DNA from: Candidatus Moranbacteria bacterium RIFCSPHIGHO2_02_FULL_40_12b
GTDB lineage: Bacteria; Patescibacteriota; Minisyncoccia; Moranbacterales; 2-12-FULL-40-10
Reading direction: 5' to 3'
Assembly (NCBI GenBank): GCA_001784725.1
Contig: MFRX01000009.1
Location: 72,425 to 107,360 of the forward strand
Length of the DNA: 34,936 bases
Position numbers and translations under genes: made by a program. The notes under the pieces were generated by a model. That model searched no databases, had not been told where the DNA came from, and saw only the letters and a program-made list of their open reading frames with translations. Shown here piece after piece: positions 1 through 9,339 of this stretch; the first letter of the stretch is position 1; each line of letters begins with the position of its first letter.

Positions 1-1
1 T

Positions 2-415
2 ATTTATCTCAATGCCACCGTTTTGGGGCTATCGCGAAAACAAATTAACGAGAAATTTGATGAAATCGTGGCTTTTTCGGAACTGGAAAGATTCATTGAC
101 CAGAAATTAAAAAATTATTCTTCCGGAATGCAGGTGCGCCTGGCTTTTTCCGTGGCTATCCATGCCAATCGTGATATACTGCTGATGGACGAAGTCCTGG
201 CGGTGGGGGACTCAAATTTCCAAAAGAAATGCTACGACTATTTTAATTTCATAAAAGGCAAAAAAACAATTCTTTTTGTTTCGCATGACACGGAAAATAT
301 GAAGAAATTCTGTGAAAGAACGTTGGTTCTGGATGAAGGAAAAATTGTAGCGTTTGAGGAAACGAATTCAGCATTGGCAAAATATGAGGAAGTATTAAAA
401 AGATATCAAAGATGA
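2..415 (+). CDS. wzt: Polysaccharide ABC exporter ATP-binding subunit (Wzt/TagH family), 5'-truncated by window edge
   Basis: Frame open from base 2 (IYLNATVLGLSRKQI...). Has YSSGMQVRLAFS signature, Walker B LLMDEVLAVGD and H-loop VSHD. No C-terminal carbohydrate-binding extension. Confidence 0.9.
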   Translation: MYLNATVLGLSRKQINEKFDEIVAFSELERFIDQKLKNYSSGMQVRLAFSVAIHANRDILLMDEVLAVGDSNFQKKCYDYFNFIKGKKTILFVSHDTENMKKFCERTLVLDEGKIVAFEETNSALAKYEEVLKRYQR

Positions 416-1635
416 AAAATATCAGACATTTATTAAAAATGACCGTTAAAATTTATAACGAGCGCGGATTTATCAGTCTCATCCAGCGTATTTTTTTGTA
501 TTTAAATGATTTGGCAAGAGGACTGTTTTTTCTTATTAAGTACAACAAGAAAAAGGATATTTTGTATATTTCCGGCTGTCCGGGCAGCTCGCGATTCTAT
601 CGGTGTCTTAACCAATCCGAAGAACTTGCCAATTACGGATTAAAGACGGAAATTATCAATCAGAACAATCCGTACGTTAAATATATGCTAAGAAATTTCG
701 ATACTTTTATTTTTCAACGCGTGATTTATAATAAGCACATTAGTAATATTATTAAAGAGATAAAGAAACAAAAAAAAGAAATTATTTTTGAAACTGACGA
801 TTTGGTTTTTGATCCGGAATATATTCCGCAGATGCACTATTATAATTTTATGTCCGAGGAGGAAAAAGGATGGTATGAGAACGGCATCGGGCGGGAAGTT
901 TTGGAGGATTCCTATGTGAAAAAGTGCATTGTTTCCACAGAGTTATTGGGAAAAAAGTTAAAAGAAAAATATCCGGAAAAAAATGTTTATGTTTCCGAAA
1001 ACAAGCTTAATAAAAAACAAGCTTATTGGGCGGAAAAAGCGCTAAAGAAAAAAGAAAAAATAAAAGTAGGGGATGGTAAAATAAGAATCGGCTATTTTTC
1101 GGGATCAAAAAGCCACGATGCGGATTTTGAAGCTGTGTCAGACGTTATACTGAAAATTCTACAAGAGGATAGCAATGTGATTCTGATGGTTGTCGGTCAC
1201 TTGAATATTGACGGAAAATTTTCCGTAGTCAAAAATCAAATTGAAAGGCATTCTTTTGTTCCACTAAGAAAATTGCCGCAGCTGATTTTACTGGCTGATA
1301 TTAATATTATCCCTCTGGAGATTGATAATCCTTTTTGCCAGGCGAAATCGGGACTCAAATTTTTTGAAGCGGGACTAGTGGAGGTTCCGACAATAGCCAG
1401 TAGTACTGAGCCATTGAGGCAAATTATTGAAAATGAAAAAAGCGGCTTTTTGGCAGAAACGGAAAATGATTGGGAAAAATATCTGAAATTGCTTATTGGT
1501 GATCAGGATTTAAGGATACAAATCGGAAGTCAGGCTAAAATTGATTCTCTGGAGAAATATACGACGCAAAAAATTCATCCTGGAACTGAAAAACTTGCAA
1601 AATACATGAGTCGTAAAATTAAAAAATCTTTCTAA
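412..1635 (+). CDS. Glycosyltransferase, GT-B/GT4-like
   Basis: FETDDLVFDP, IGYFSGSKSHDADF and AKSGLKFFEAGLVEVPTIAS motifs; ATGA overlap with wzt. Confidence 0.85.
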   Translation: MKNIRHLLKMTVKIYNERGFISLIQRIFLYLNDLARGLFFLIKYNKKKDILYISGCPGSSRFYRCLNQSEELANYGLKTEIINQNNPYVKYMLRNFDTFIFQRVIYNKHISNIIKEIKKQKKEIIFETDDLVFDPEYIPQMHYYNFMSEEEKGWYENGIGREVLEDSYVKKCIVSTELLGKKLKEKYPEKNVYVSENKLNKKQAYWAEKALKKKEKIKVGDGKIRIGYFSGSKSHDADFEAVSDVILKILQEDSNVILMVVGHLNIDGKFSVVKNQIERHSFVPLRKLPQLILLADINIIPLEIDNPFCQAKSGLKFFEAGLVEVPTIASSTEPLRQIIENEKSGFLAETENDWEKYLKLLIGDQDLRIQIGSQAKIDSLEKYTTQKIHPGTEKLAKYMSRKIKKSF

Positions 1636-2281
1636 CTAGAATAATTATAATTATTATATTTAGAAACGCATACAGTGAAAAAGTAAATGGCATGCCATAT
1701 CCCTTAAACCAAATTGCTTTATATTGAGACATTCTATTGAGGAGTTCCTTTGTATTTGAAAGAATATTATTTTGTGAATATTTTTTAATTATTAAAAAGT
1801 CGGCTGGTCCATTTTTTTTGTCTTGAGTGTGCAGGATGCCTTCATAGCAGTTGTTTTTTGTTGTCCAAAATCCAAGCAAGTGGCTGGGAGCTTTTATGTA
1901 TTCAATTGAAACAGAATATAAGCTATCTTTTTTGAGCATGCTGATGGGTATGTGTAAATTATAAAATTCGTTATCCCCAAACCAATGCGTTGAAGCTTCT
2001 TTTGAAAATATATGTTCATTGTTGCTGTCTGTAATTGTAAGCTTAACTGTTCCATGAATAAAGAATCGCTTATAGGTAGCAGTTTTTATAGAAAGGATAG
2101 TTAGATTATCGGTTGTTGGTATAAATGATTGAGAAATATGTTGATTTTTATGAAGCGGAATTGCGTTGCCTTGCGGACATGAAAAAGATTCTGAAAATGC
2201 AAGATTTTTTAACAACACCAGGGCAGGAAGTGCAAGTATTGCCAAGACAGAAATGGTTATAAATGTGTAATGTTTTTTCAT
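1619..2281 (-). CDS. Membrane-anchored hypothetical protein (N- and C-terminal hydrophobic segments)
   Basis: 220-aa ORF with N-terminal TM/signal, beta-rich middle (ISQSFIPTTDNL) and C-terminal TM; lies 12 bp downstream of the GT-C gene. Confidence 0.7.
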   Translation of the reverse strand: MKKHYTFITISVLAILALPALVLLKNLAFSESFSCPQGNAIPLHKNQHISQSFIPTTDNLTILSIKTATYKRFFIHGTVKLTITDSNNEHIFSKEASTHWFGDNEFYNLHIPISMLKKDSLYSVSIEYIKAPSHLLGFWTTKNNCYEGILHTQDKKNGPADFLIIKKYSQNNILSNTKELLNRMSQYKAIWFKGYGMPFTFSLYAFLNIIIIIILVRKIF

Positions 2282-2293
2282 TGCAAAACTAGC

Positions 2294-3850
2294 TTATAAA
2301 TAATAATGGGGGATAATACAATTAAATAACGCAATTGAATTTAATAATATCATCAAAATAAGCAAAGCAAAAATAATTTTTTTGTGCGAAACATTTCCAA
2401 AAATAGTTGAAAATCCGACTGTAATAAGCGCGAACTTTGCTCCAATAACTGGAAGAAAATATCGCCCAGGTGTTCCAATGGAAGAAAATGGAGCAGCAAA
2501 ATTACTCGAATTGGCTCCGAGAAAATTCACATAATGCATCATAAAATCAAGTCCAATAACCATAAAGAAAAGAAATAATAATTGAAAAAAAAGTATTTTT
2601 TTCTGAAAATCGAGTTCGTGATAATTTTTTAGCATTAAAAATATTTTTAAAATTATCCCAAGTGCGGCAACAACAAGAATGAGCCAAATAAAATAAATGC
2701 AGACCTGGTTGATTGGGACATTTGGGCTGCCGAAATTTCCCCAGTATGAAAGAGACCTGTCCAACATTATATTTGGTTGTAGTTGGTATAAAATGTAATC
2801 TTTAAAAATGAAAAATGGCCTTATGGCAAACTCAAAGTATCTATGAATTTGATTAAAAATTAAAAATCCCGCAGTTGAAATAATCAATACTATTGAAGTA
2901 AAAAAAACCAATAATAGAAAAAAACTTCTTTTAATAATTGAAAAATATGAGCAAATCATTTCTTTTTGATGAAGAAAAAGAGAAAAGATTATTAATAATA
3001 GCGATGCAACAGCAAGAAAATATCCTGTAGGCTTGGTATTTATTGCCAAAAACGTGCTTCCCAGAAGCAATGAAGCGTTTTTTACCGTCCAGCTATTTTT
3101 TAGCAAATGCAAAGCCCCAAGCAAAAAGATCCCGAAGGATAAGATCAATAAAGCATCAACATTTATTATTGAAAAGATAAATGTTAACATTGGTTGAAAA
3201 GATATTGCGCCAGCCATCGCTGCTGATTCTATAGGGGTAAAAGACAGTTCCTTGAATGAAAGGTATGAAATAATAATAAAAAGAAGAAGTATAAAAACGG
3301 AAATAATTCTTATAACGGTGACTTTTTCGATTATATTCGCATTTTTTATTGAAAGTTGGTTCTCTATGAAGGCAGTTATTTTATAATAAAGCGGCGAGTA
3401 GTTTATTATTTGTGGCGGATATTTTTCTACAAAACGGGAACCTTTAAAGTTTCTAATGTTGTTTTCCCGAGGTCCAAAAGATGAATTCTCCGAGAAAGAG
3501 TCCTTGAAATTTGTATCATTAATCAAATTTTGAGTAGACAAATTTTGAGTTGCATTGGATAGCTCTGGAGACAGGTTGTGAGTATTAAAGTCAAAAAAAT
3601 TCCAATTTTCAAGAGGAAAATCATGCGACATTGGTTTGTAATTTTTTGGTTCGGCGTAGTACTGAATTGTGGCGTAATGCCTGTGCTCATCTGGTGCATG
3701 AAGCAAGGGTATTGCGTAAACCCAAACGATTCCTTTAATAAAAGATACTAACAGAATCAGCAATATTAAATAATTTTCTTTAATCCAAATCTTAAGGCGA
3801 GTATTGTTGGATGCGTTAGTATGTAAATTACGGGATTGATTTTTTAGCAT
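2294..3850 (-). CDS. Polytopic membrane glycosyltransferase, GT-C/DUF2142-like
   Basis: APDEHRH after the first TM, YSPLYY, INVDAL and PGRYFLP motifs. Start moved from 3940 to ATG 3850, 6 nt after a TATAAT. Confidence 0.75.
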   Translation of the reverse strand: MLKNQSRNLHTNASNNTRLKIWIKENYLILLILLVSFIKGIVWVYAIPLLHAPDEHRHYATIQYYAEPKNYKPMSHDFPLENWNFFDFNTHNLSPELSNATQNLSTQNLINDTNFKDSFSENSSFGPRENNIRNFKGSRFVEKYPPQIINYSPLYYKITAFIENQLSIKNANIIEKVTVIRIISVFILLLFIIISYLSFKELSFTPIESAAMAGAISFQPMLTFIFSIINVDALLILSFGIFLLGALHLLKNSWTVKNASLLLGSTFLAINTKPTGYFLAVASLLLIIFSLFLHQKEMICSYFSIIKRSFFLLLVFFTSIVLIISTAGFLIFNQIHRYFEFAIRPFFIFKDYILYQLQPNIMLDRSLSYWGNFGSPNVPINQVCIYFIWLILVVAALGIILKIFLMLKNYHELDFQKKILFFQLLFLFFMVIGLDFMMHYVNFLGANSSNFAAPFSSIGTPGRYFLPVIGAKFALITVGFSTIFGNVSHKKIIFALLILMILLNSIALFNCIIPHYYL

Positions 3851-3856
3851 AACTTT

Positions 3857-3885
3857 ATTATAATTAAAAAGCGCAAAAAGGTCTA
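3857..3885 (-). promoter_or_regulatory. Candidate sigma70 promoter (TAGACC-17-TATAAT), likely leaderless
   Basis: Minus-strand TATAAT at 3862-3857 ends 6 nt before ATG 3850; -35-like TAGACC at 17-nt spacing. Confidence 0.5.
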
Positions 3886-4157
3886 ATAATAATGAATGAA
3901 GTCGCCAAAAGTGAGTTAAAAGATGTGAGTAATATAACAAGTATAAACAGGTTATTACTCGCTTAGTTCTATGAGATTATTAACAAAAACGCTATGAATA
4001 TAATAATACTTTGCGTGATTAATTTTAAAAATAGCATTATTACAAGAGCGAATATTTAAACAGGTTTATTTTATCAAAAAAGATAGAGCTAATAATTTTT
4101 CTTTTATGTCTTCCGTGGTGGGGGGGATAATTTTTTGATTGAGAATAATTAAAACTT

Positions 4158-5111
4158 ATGACCAGAATATTGATTACAGGAGGCGCGGGATTTATTGGAT
4201 CGGCTGTCGCTAAAAAATTAATGGACAGGGGATACAAAGTTGTCCTGTTAGATAATTTTAATGATTATTACAATCCGCGGCTCAAGCATGACCGCATCAA
4301 AAAATTTCTCAAGGGCCATAAATTCAAATTATACAAAGGCGACATACGGGATTATAAGTTGCTGGAAAAAATATTCCGGAAGGAAAAACCGGACAAAATA
4401 ATCCATTTGGCGGCGATGGCGGGAGTGCGCAGCTCTCTTTCAAATCCGAAACTTTACGCGGACGTAAATATTATGGGAAGCATAAATCTTTTGGAGCTGG
4501 CAGTGAAATATAAAATCAAAAATTTCGTTTTTGCCTCGTCTTCTTCCGTTTACGGCAACAATAAAAAAGTTCCCTTTTCCGAATCAGATCCAGTGGATAA
4601 TCCTATTTCTCCGTATGCCGCCAGCAAAAAAGCGGATGAGCTGATTGCCTATGTCTATCATCATATTTATGGTTTGAATATAACAGCGCTCCGTTATTTC
4701 ACCGTTTACGGTCCTTGGGGACGGCCGGATATGGCGTTATTTTTATTTACTGACGCCATAATCAAGGGCGAGCCGATCAATGTCTATAATTACGGAAAAA
4801 TGAGCCGCAACTTTTCTTACATTGACGATATTGTTTCCGGAACAATCACCGTTTTGGATAAATGCAAGGGCTATGGCGTAATGAATATCGGCGGTGACCG
4901 CGAAGAAACGCTGACGCGCTACATTGAAGTGTTAGAAAATTGTTTGGGTAAAAAAGCCAAGAAAAAAATGATGCCGATGCAGCCGGGCGATGTCCCGTCC
5001 ACAGTCGCGAATATCCGTAAGCTCAAAAAACTCGGATGGAAACCTACGACCAGGATTGAAAAGGGGATTAAGAATTTCGTGGAGTGGTATAATGAGTATT
5101 ATGGTATTTAA
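4158..5111 (+). CDS. NAD-dependent epimerase, UDP-glucuronate 4-epimerase-like
   Basis: TGGAGFIG, HLAAMAGVR, ASSSSVYG, YAASK, RYFTVYGPWGRPDMA and MQPGDV motifs. Confidence 0.9.
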   Translation: MTRILITGGAGFIGSAVAKKLMDRGYKVVLLDNFNDYYNPRLKHDRIKKFLKGHKFKLYKGDIRDYKLLEKIFRKEKPDKIIHLAAMAGVRSSLSNPKLYADVNIMGSINLLELAVKYKIKNFVFASSSSVYGNNKKVPFSESDPVDNPISPYAASKKADELIAYVYHHIYGLNITALRYFTVYGPWGRPDMALFLFTDAIIKGEPINVYNYGKMSRNFSYIDDIVSGTITVLDKCKGYGVMNIGGDREETLTRYIEVLENCLGKKAKKKMMPMQPGDVPSTVANIRKLKKLGWKPTTRIEKGIKNFVEWYNEYYGI

Positions 5112-5116
5112 ATTAA

Positions 5117-6421
5117 ATGATTAATGTTGTGAAAAGAAAAATTATGTCCATCGCGGAGATTTTGCATCTTAGGATTTTTGGGCATGAAATGAGTGATGAA
5201 ATGAGAAAATTTCTTGGAAATCTTTCTTGGTCTTTTTTTGGTGGTGGGATAGCTTCTGTGGCGATGCTTGCTATAAATATCATAGCAGGAAGATATATTG
5301 GACCGGAAGGATATGGAAAATATGTGCTTGTTCTTACATTGAGTCAGATATTTTTAATTCCCATCATGTTTGGTCTAGACATCGTTAGTGTAAGATCTAT
5401 AGCTAGAAGCAAGGATGAAAAAGAAAAAACAAAAAATATCTCCAGCACATTATATTTCGTTTTAACTACTCTGATTTCCTTTTCTTTACTTTTTGTTTTT
5501 ACATATAAGTTATTTGCATATAAATTTTCTATTAGTACTGCTTTATTGGAGGTTTGCTTTATTTTTACGATATTTTCTGCAATCAAGTTAGTCTCCGACT
5601 GCTTCATAAGAGGATTATATTTGTTTAAGCATCAATTTATTGGGCGAATTATTGAGGTTTGCGCGATTATTGTTGCATTTTTTATTTTTTTTATTATTAT
5701 CAAACAGCAAGATTACATGTCTTACATCTGGACGCTTATAATAGGTGCAGCGTTTTTAATAATTTTTTATTTTAAAAGTTTAATCCCATTTTTTTCCGAG
5801 TTTGATTTCAATTTACTTAAAAAACAACTTTCTTACGGAAAAATTATTTTTATTGGAACTATACTAGGAACCGGGTTTAATTCATTGGATAAATTTATTA
5901 TTACAAAAGAATTAAATATTTATCAATTAGGTATATATGGGGCTTATTTTATGGCATCAACAAATCTAATCGCTCAAGCAACTCAGATGTTTATTAATAT
6001 TTTTTTCCCAGTGGCTTCAAAATTTGAAAATAGATCTTTTTTGAAGAAACTTGATAAAATTTTTTTTATTGCGTTTATTCCTCTTTTTCTAATAATTTCC
6101 GGAATGATATTTATAATTATGAAATTATTTGGAGAGAAATATGGAGTAAATTTAAATTATGTGTTAAGTTTTGGCATTTTAGCGACTTTGCAAATTATTT
6201 TGACAATTAATGCCTCCACAATTACCGCAATTTCAAAAAAGCTTTTTAAAAAATATATTGCTTATTCTACGGCTATTAATGCTGTGCATATCGTCGCATA
6301 TGGAGTCATAATTTATTTAAAAATAGTTTCTATCCAATTAATAGTAATTCTTTTGATTGCCAATGTTTTGGTGACAATTTTTATTCAAAAAAAGATAATG
6401 AAGTTGGCCTTAAATAGCTAA
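5117..6421 (+). CDS. wzx: Oligosaccharide flippase (Wzx/MOP family)
   Basis: Many TM segments; RYIGPEGYG and LDKFII...LGIYG motifs. Confidence 0.8.
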   Translation: MINVVKRKIMSIAEILHLRIFGHEMSDEMRKFLGNLSWSFFGGGIASVAMLAINIIAGRYIGPEGYGKYVLVLTLSQIFLIPIMFGLDIVSVRSIARSKDEKEKTKNISSTLYFVLTTLISFSLLFVFTYKLFAYKFSISTALLEVCFIFTIFSAIKLVSDCFIRGLYLFKHQFIGRIIEVCAIIVAFFIFFIIIKQQDYMSYIWTLIIGAAFLIIFYFKSLIPFFSEFDFNLLKKQLSYGKIIFIGTILGTGFNSLDKFIITKELNIYQLGIYGAYFMASTNLIAQATQMFINIFFPVASKFENRSFLKKLDKIFFIAFIPLFLIISGMIFIIMKLFGEKYGVNLNYVLSFGILATLQIILTINASTITAISKKLFKKYIAYSTAINAVHIVAYGVIIYLKIVSIQLIVILLIANVLVTIFIQKKIMKLALNS

Positions 6422-6430
6422 GAAAATTGG

Positions 6431-6459
6431 TTGACTGCTTATTTTTAAGATGATAAAAT
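6431..6459 (+). promoter_or_regulatory. Sigma70 promoter, TTGACT-17-TAAAAT with extended -10 TG
   Basis: Near-consensus hexamers with exact 17-nt spacer in the 70-bp gap upstream of the SIS gene. Confidence 0.7.
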
Positions 6460-6491
6460 AAAAGAAATAAATTAACTAATTCAATCCAGCA

Positions 6492-7046
6492 ATGATTAAA
6501 AGTAATATTGAAAAAATATTAAAGGAAGTGTCCACAGTGCTTGATTTCGTGAATGAATCACAAGTAGAAATGCTAATCAGTGAGATATTAAAGGCAAAAA
6601 AAATAGTTGTTTGTGGAGCTGGTAGGGTTGGAATGGCCGTTAGAGGTTTCGGGATGCGGCTGGGACATTTAGGGTTAAATGCATATACACTTGGCGATTC
6701 TGTGGTTCCATCAGTTAGGGGTGGAGATTTATTTTTGGTCGCGTCTGGATCAGGCGAAACGCAAACGATTTATGATTTAGCAGAAATTGCAAAGAAGAAT
6801 GGCGCGCGAATAGTATTAGTGACGGGAAGTCCGGAATCTAGAATGGGAAAATTAGCTGATGTTATTGTACAACTAAGGGCGCCATCAAAAACTAATCCTA
6901 TTGAAGGTTTTTCTTCAATTCAGCCGATGACGACTTTAAATGAACAATGCTTAGGGATTTTTTTTGACGCAGTGGTACTTCTTCTTATGGAAAAAATGGG
7001 AGAAACGCACGATACGATGTGGGCAAGGCATTCTAATTTGGAATAA
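6492..7046 (+). CDS. hxlB: SIS-domain sugar-phosphate isomerase, 6-phospho-3-hexuloisomerase (HxlB/PHI)-like
   Basis: GAGRVG, MRLGHLG, SGSGET, IQPMTTLNEQ and terminal RHSNLE motifs. Confidence 0.85.
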   Translation: MIKSNIEKILKEVSTVLDFVNESQVEMLISEILKAKKIVVCGAGRVGMAVRGFGMRLGHLGLNAYTLGDSVVPSVRGGDLFLVASGSGETQTIYDLAEIAKKNGARIVLVTGSPESRMGKLADVIVQLRAPSKTNPIEGFSSIQPMTTLNEQCLGIFFDAVVLLLMEKMGETHDTMWARHSNLE

Positions 7047-7065
7047 TAAGAAAAAAAATAAAAAA

Positions 7066-7746
7066 ATGGCACAGAGAAAATTTAAAATAGCTGCATCATT
7101 AATATGCGGCGATCACGCCTCAATTAAAGATGATATAGCTGTTCTGGAAAAAGGAAAAGTTGATTACCTTCATTTTGATGTGATGGATGGTGTGTTTGTT
7201 CCAAGATACGGGCTTTACCCGGAATTATTAAAGGGCATAAAAGAAATAACGGCTATTCCCATTGATGTTCATATGATGACAGAAGAGCCGGCAAGATATA
7301 TTAAGGAATTTGCCGAAGCAGGAGCTGATATCATTGCCGTGCATATTGAAGCATGCAAGCACCTTCATCATACGTTAAAACTTATTCGAGACGCGGGAGT
7401 AAAGGCCGGAGTGGTATTGAATTACGCGACTCCATTAAGTGCTTTAGATTATATTATGGATGATATAGATATGGTTGAATTAATGGCTATAAATCCCGGA
7501 ATTGTCGGCCATAAATTAATTACAGGAACTATGAAAAAAATTGCCGATTTGCGCAAGAAGATAGACGAGTCAGGTAAAAATATTTTTATTGAGATTGATG
7601 GCGGCGTCACTCCGGAAAGTGCCCCAGAAATGGTTCGTGCCGGAGCTGATGTGCTTGTGTGCGGAACATCCGTAATATATAAAAAAGAAAAACCGTTAGA
7701 TGAAAAAATTAAAGAATTGCGGGAGTTGATAAATAGCAAACAATAA
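7066..7746 (+). CDS. rpe: Ribulose-phosphate 3-epimerase family protein (Rpe/AlsE-like)
   Basis: HFDVMDGVFVP, DVHMM, MAINPG and IEIDGG motifs. True start is ATG 7066, not the track start 6964. Confidence 0.85.
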   Translation: MAQRKFKIAASLICGDHASIKDDIAVLEKGKVDYLHFDVMDGVFVPRYGLYPELLKGIKEITAIPIDVHMMTEEPARYIKEFAEAGADIIAVHIEACKHLHHTLKLIRDAGVKAGVVLNYATPLSALDYIMDDIDMVELMAINPGIVGHKLITGTMKKIADLRKKIDESGKNIFIEIDGGVTPESAPEMVRAGADVLVCGTSVIYKKEKPLDEKIKELRELINSKQ

Positions 7747-7758
7747 GAATAGTTTTCT

Positions 7759-9339
7759 ATGTATAAAGTCCTAATAACAACATCCGGAACAGGTTCGCGT
7801 TTGGGCGACTTGACTAAGTATACAAATAAGGGATTAGTCAGAATCGGAAAAAAACCGGTTTTGTCTTATATTATTGAAACTTATCCTAAAAACACGGAGT
7901 TTGTCATTACTCTTGGATATTTTGGAAATCAAGTCAGGGATTTTTTGGGATTAGCATATCCAGACAAAAAATTTACTTTTGTGAATGTGGATAAATATGA
8001 AGGTGCGGGAAGTAGTTTGGGATATTCTATGCTAAAAGCGGAAAAATATTTGCGTTGCCCTTTTATTTATCATGCTTCAGATACAATAATTACAGAATCC
8101 GTTCCTGCCCCGAGTCACAATTGGTCAGGAGGGTTTAAAGGAGAAGGATCTTCAAATTACGCCTCATTTGATACTCTCAATGGCAGAATTCAGCAGATAT
8201 ATTATAAGGGAGAATCAATTAGTCCTGATTTTCTACATATTGGATTAGTAGGGATAAAAAATTACGATAAGTTTTGGAGTGCAATGAAGGTTCTTTATAA
8301 AAAAAATCCAAATGATAGTACGCTTGGGGATGTTGGCGCTATCAATAAAATGCTAAAAGATGGAGTAGATTTTAAGGTTAAAAAATTTAAAGAATGGCAT
8401 GATACTGGAAATGTGGAAACACTACATGAAACCAAAAATAAAATACGGGATTCCTTTCGCATTTTAGATAAAGCGGATGAATCCATTTTTATTTTTGACA
8501 AGTTTGTGATTAAATTTTTTGCCGATGAGAAAATGGTCAGCGATCGTGTGGTAAGAGGTAAAATACTAAAAGGACTAGTGCCGGAGATAGATGGTCATAA
8601 GAAAAATTTTTATAAGTACAAGTATGCCGACGGCCATCTTTTTTCAAAGGTTGCGACGCCTTATAATTTTGAAGATTTTCTTAAATGGACCGAAAGGGAA
8701 TTATGGAAGAAAACTAAAGAAATAAGCCCGCAAAAATTCAGAAAAATATGCTACGATTTTTATTACAAAAAAAGCATCGAAAGAATAAATAAATTTCTTT
8801 CTTCTAGATCAGTCAAAGACCAAAGTAATATCATAAATGGAGAAAAAGTTCCTTCAATAAAAGATATAATAAAAGAAATTAATTTTCTTTGGTTGTGTGA
8901 TGGAGAACAAAGTAATTTTCACGGAGATTTTATATTGGATAATATAATCAAGACAAGAAATGGATATGCTTTATTGGATTGGAGACAAAATTTCGGAGGA
9001 TTATTGAGGTCAGGAGATAAATACTATGATTTATCAAAATTAAACCATAATTTAACCGTTAACCATGGAATTATAAATAGAAACTTATTCACCATAAATA
9101 TAAAAGGCAATATTATAGAGTGTGATATTTTACGCAAAGATAATCTAGTCCAATGCCAGAATGTTTTATTTGAATTTTTAGCGAAAAAAGGCTATGATAT
9201 GAAAAAAGTCAGATTGTTAACCGCTCTGATTTGGCTAAATATGTCTCCATTGCACCACCATCCATTTGACTTGTTTTTATTTTATTTTGGGAAATTAAAT
9301 TTATGGCGAGAATTAAAAAAAATAAAGCAAAGAAAATAA
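7759..9339 (+). CDS. Bifunctional nucleotidyltransferase / APH-choline-kinase-like phosphotransferase
   Basis: N-terminal GTGSRLGDLTKYTNKGL and WHDTGN (NTP_transferase). C-terminal HGDFILDNI, LLDWR and YYDLSKL (kinase-like fold). Confidence 0.8.
   Translation: MYKVLITTSGTGSRLGDLTKYTNKGLVRIGKKPVLSYIIETYPKNTEFVITLGYFGNQVRDFLGLAYPDKKFTFVNVDKYEGAGSSLGYSMLKAEKYLRCPFIYHASDTIITESVPAPSHNWSGGFKGEGSSNYASFDTLNGRIQQIYYKGESISPDFLHIGLVGIKNYDKFWSAMKVLYKKNPNDSTLGDVGAINKMLKDGVDFKVKKFKEWHDTGNVETLHETKNKIRDSFRILDKADESIFIFDKFVIKFFADEKMVSDRVVRGKILKGLVPEIDGHKKNFYKYKYADGHLFSKVATPYNFEDFLKWTERELWKKTKEISPQKFRKICYDFYYKKSIERINKFLSSRSVKDQSNIINGEKVPSIKDIIKEINFLWLCDGEQSNFHGDFILDNIIKTRNGYALLDWRQNFGGLLRSGDKYYDLSKLNHNLTVNHGIINRNLFTINIKGNIIECDILRKDNLVQCQNVLFEFLAKKGYDMKKVRLLTALIWLNMSPLHHHPFDLFLFYFGKLNLWRELKKIKQRK

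Noticed and set aside
4120-4126. G7 tract upstream of the epimerase as a phase-variation switch
   Set aside because: Short, and not demonstrably within a promoter spacer.
6964-7065. Upstream extension of rpe
   Set aside because: It overlaps the hxlB-like gene; family similarity begins at ATG 7066.
6492-7746. RuMP formaldehyde-fixation module
   Set aside because: No hxlA/hps in the window; the context is glycan biosynthesis.
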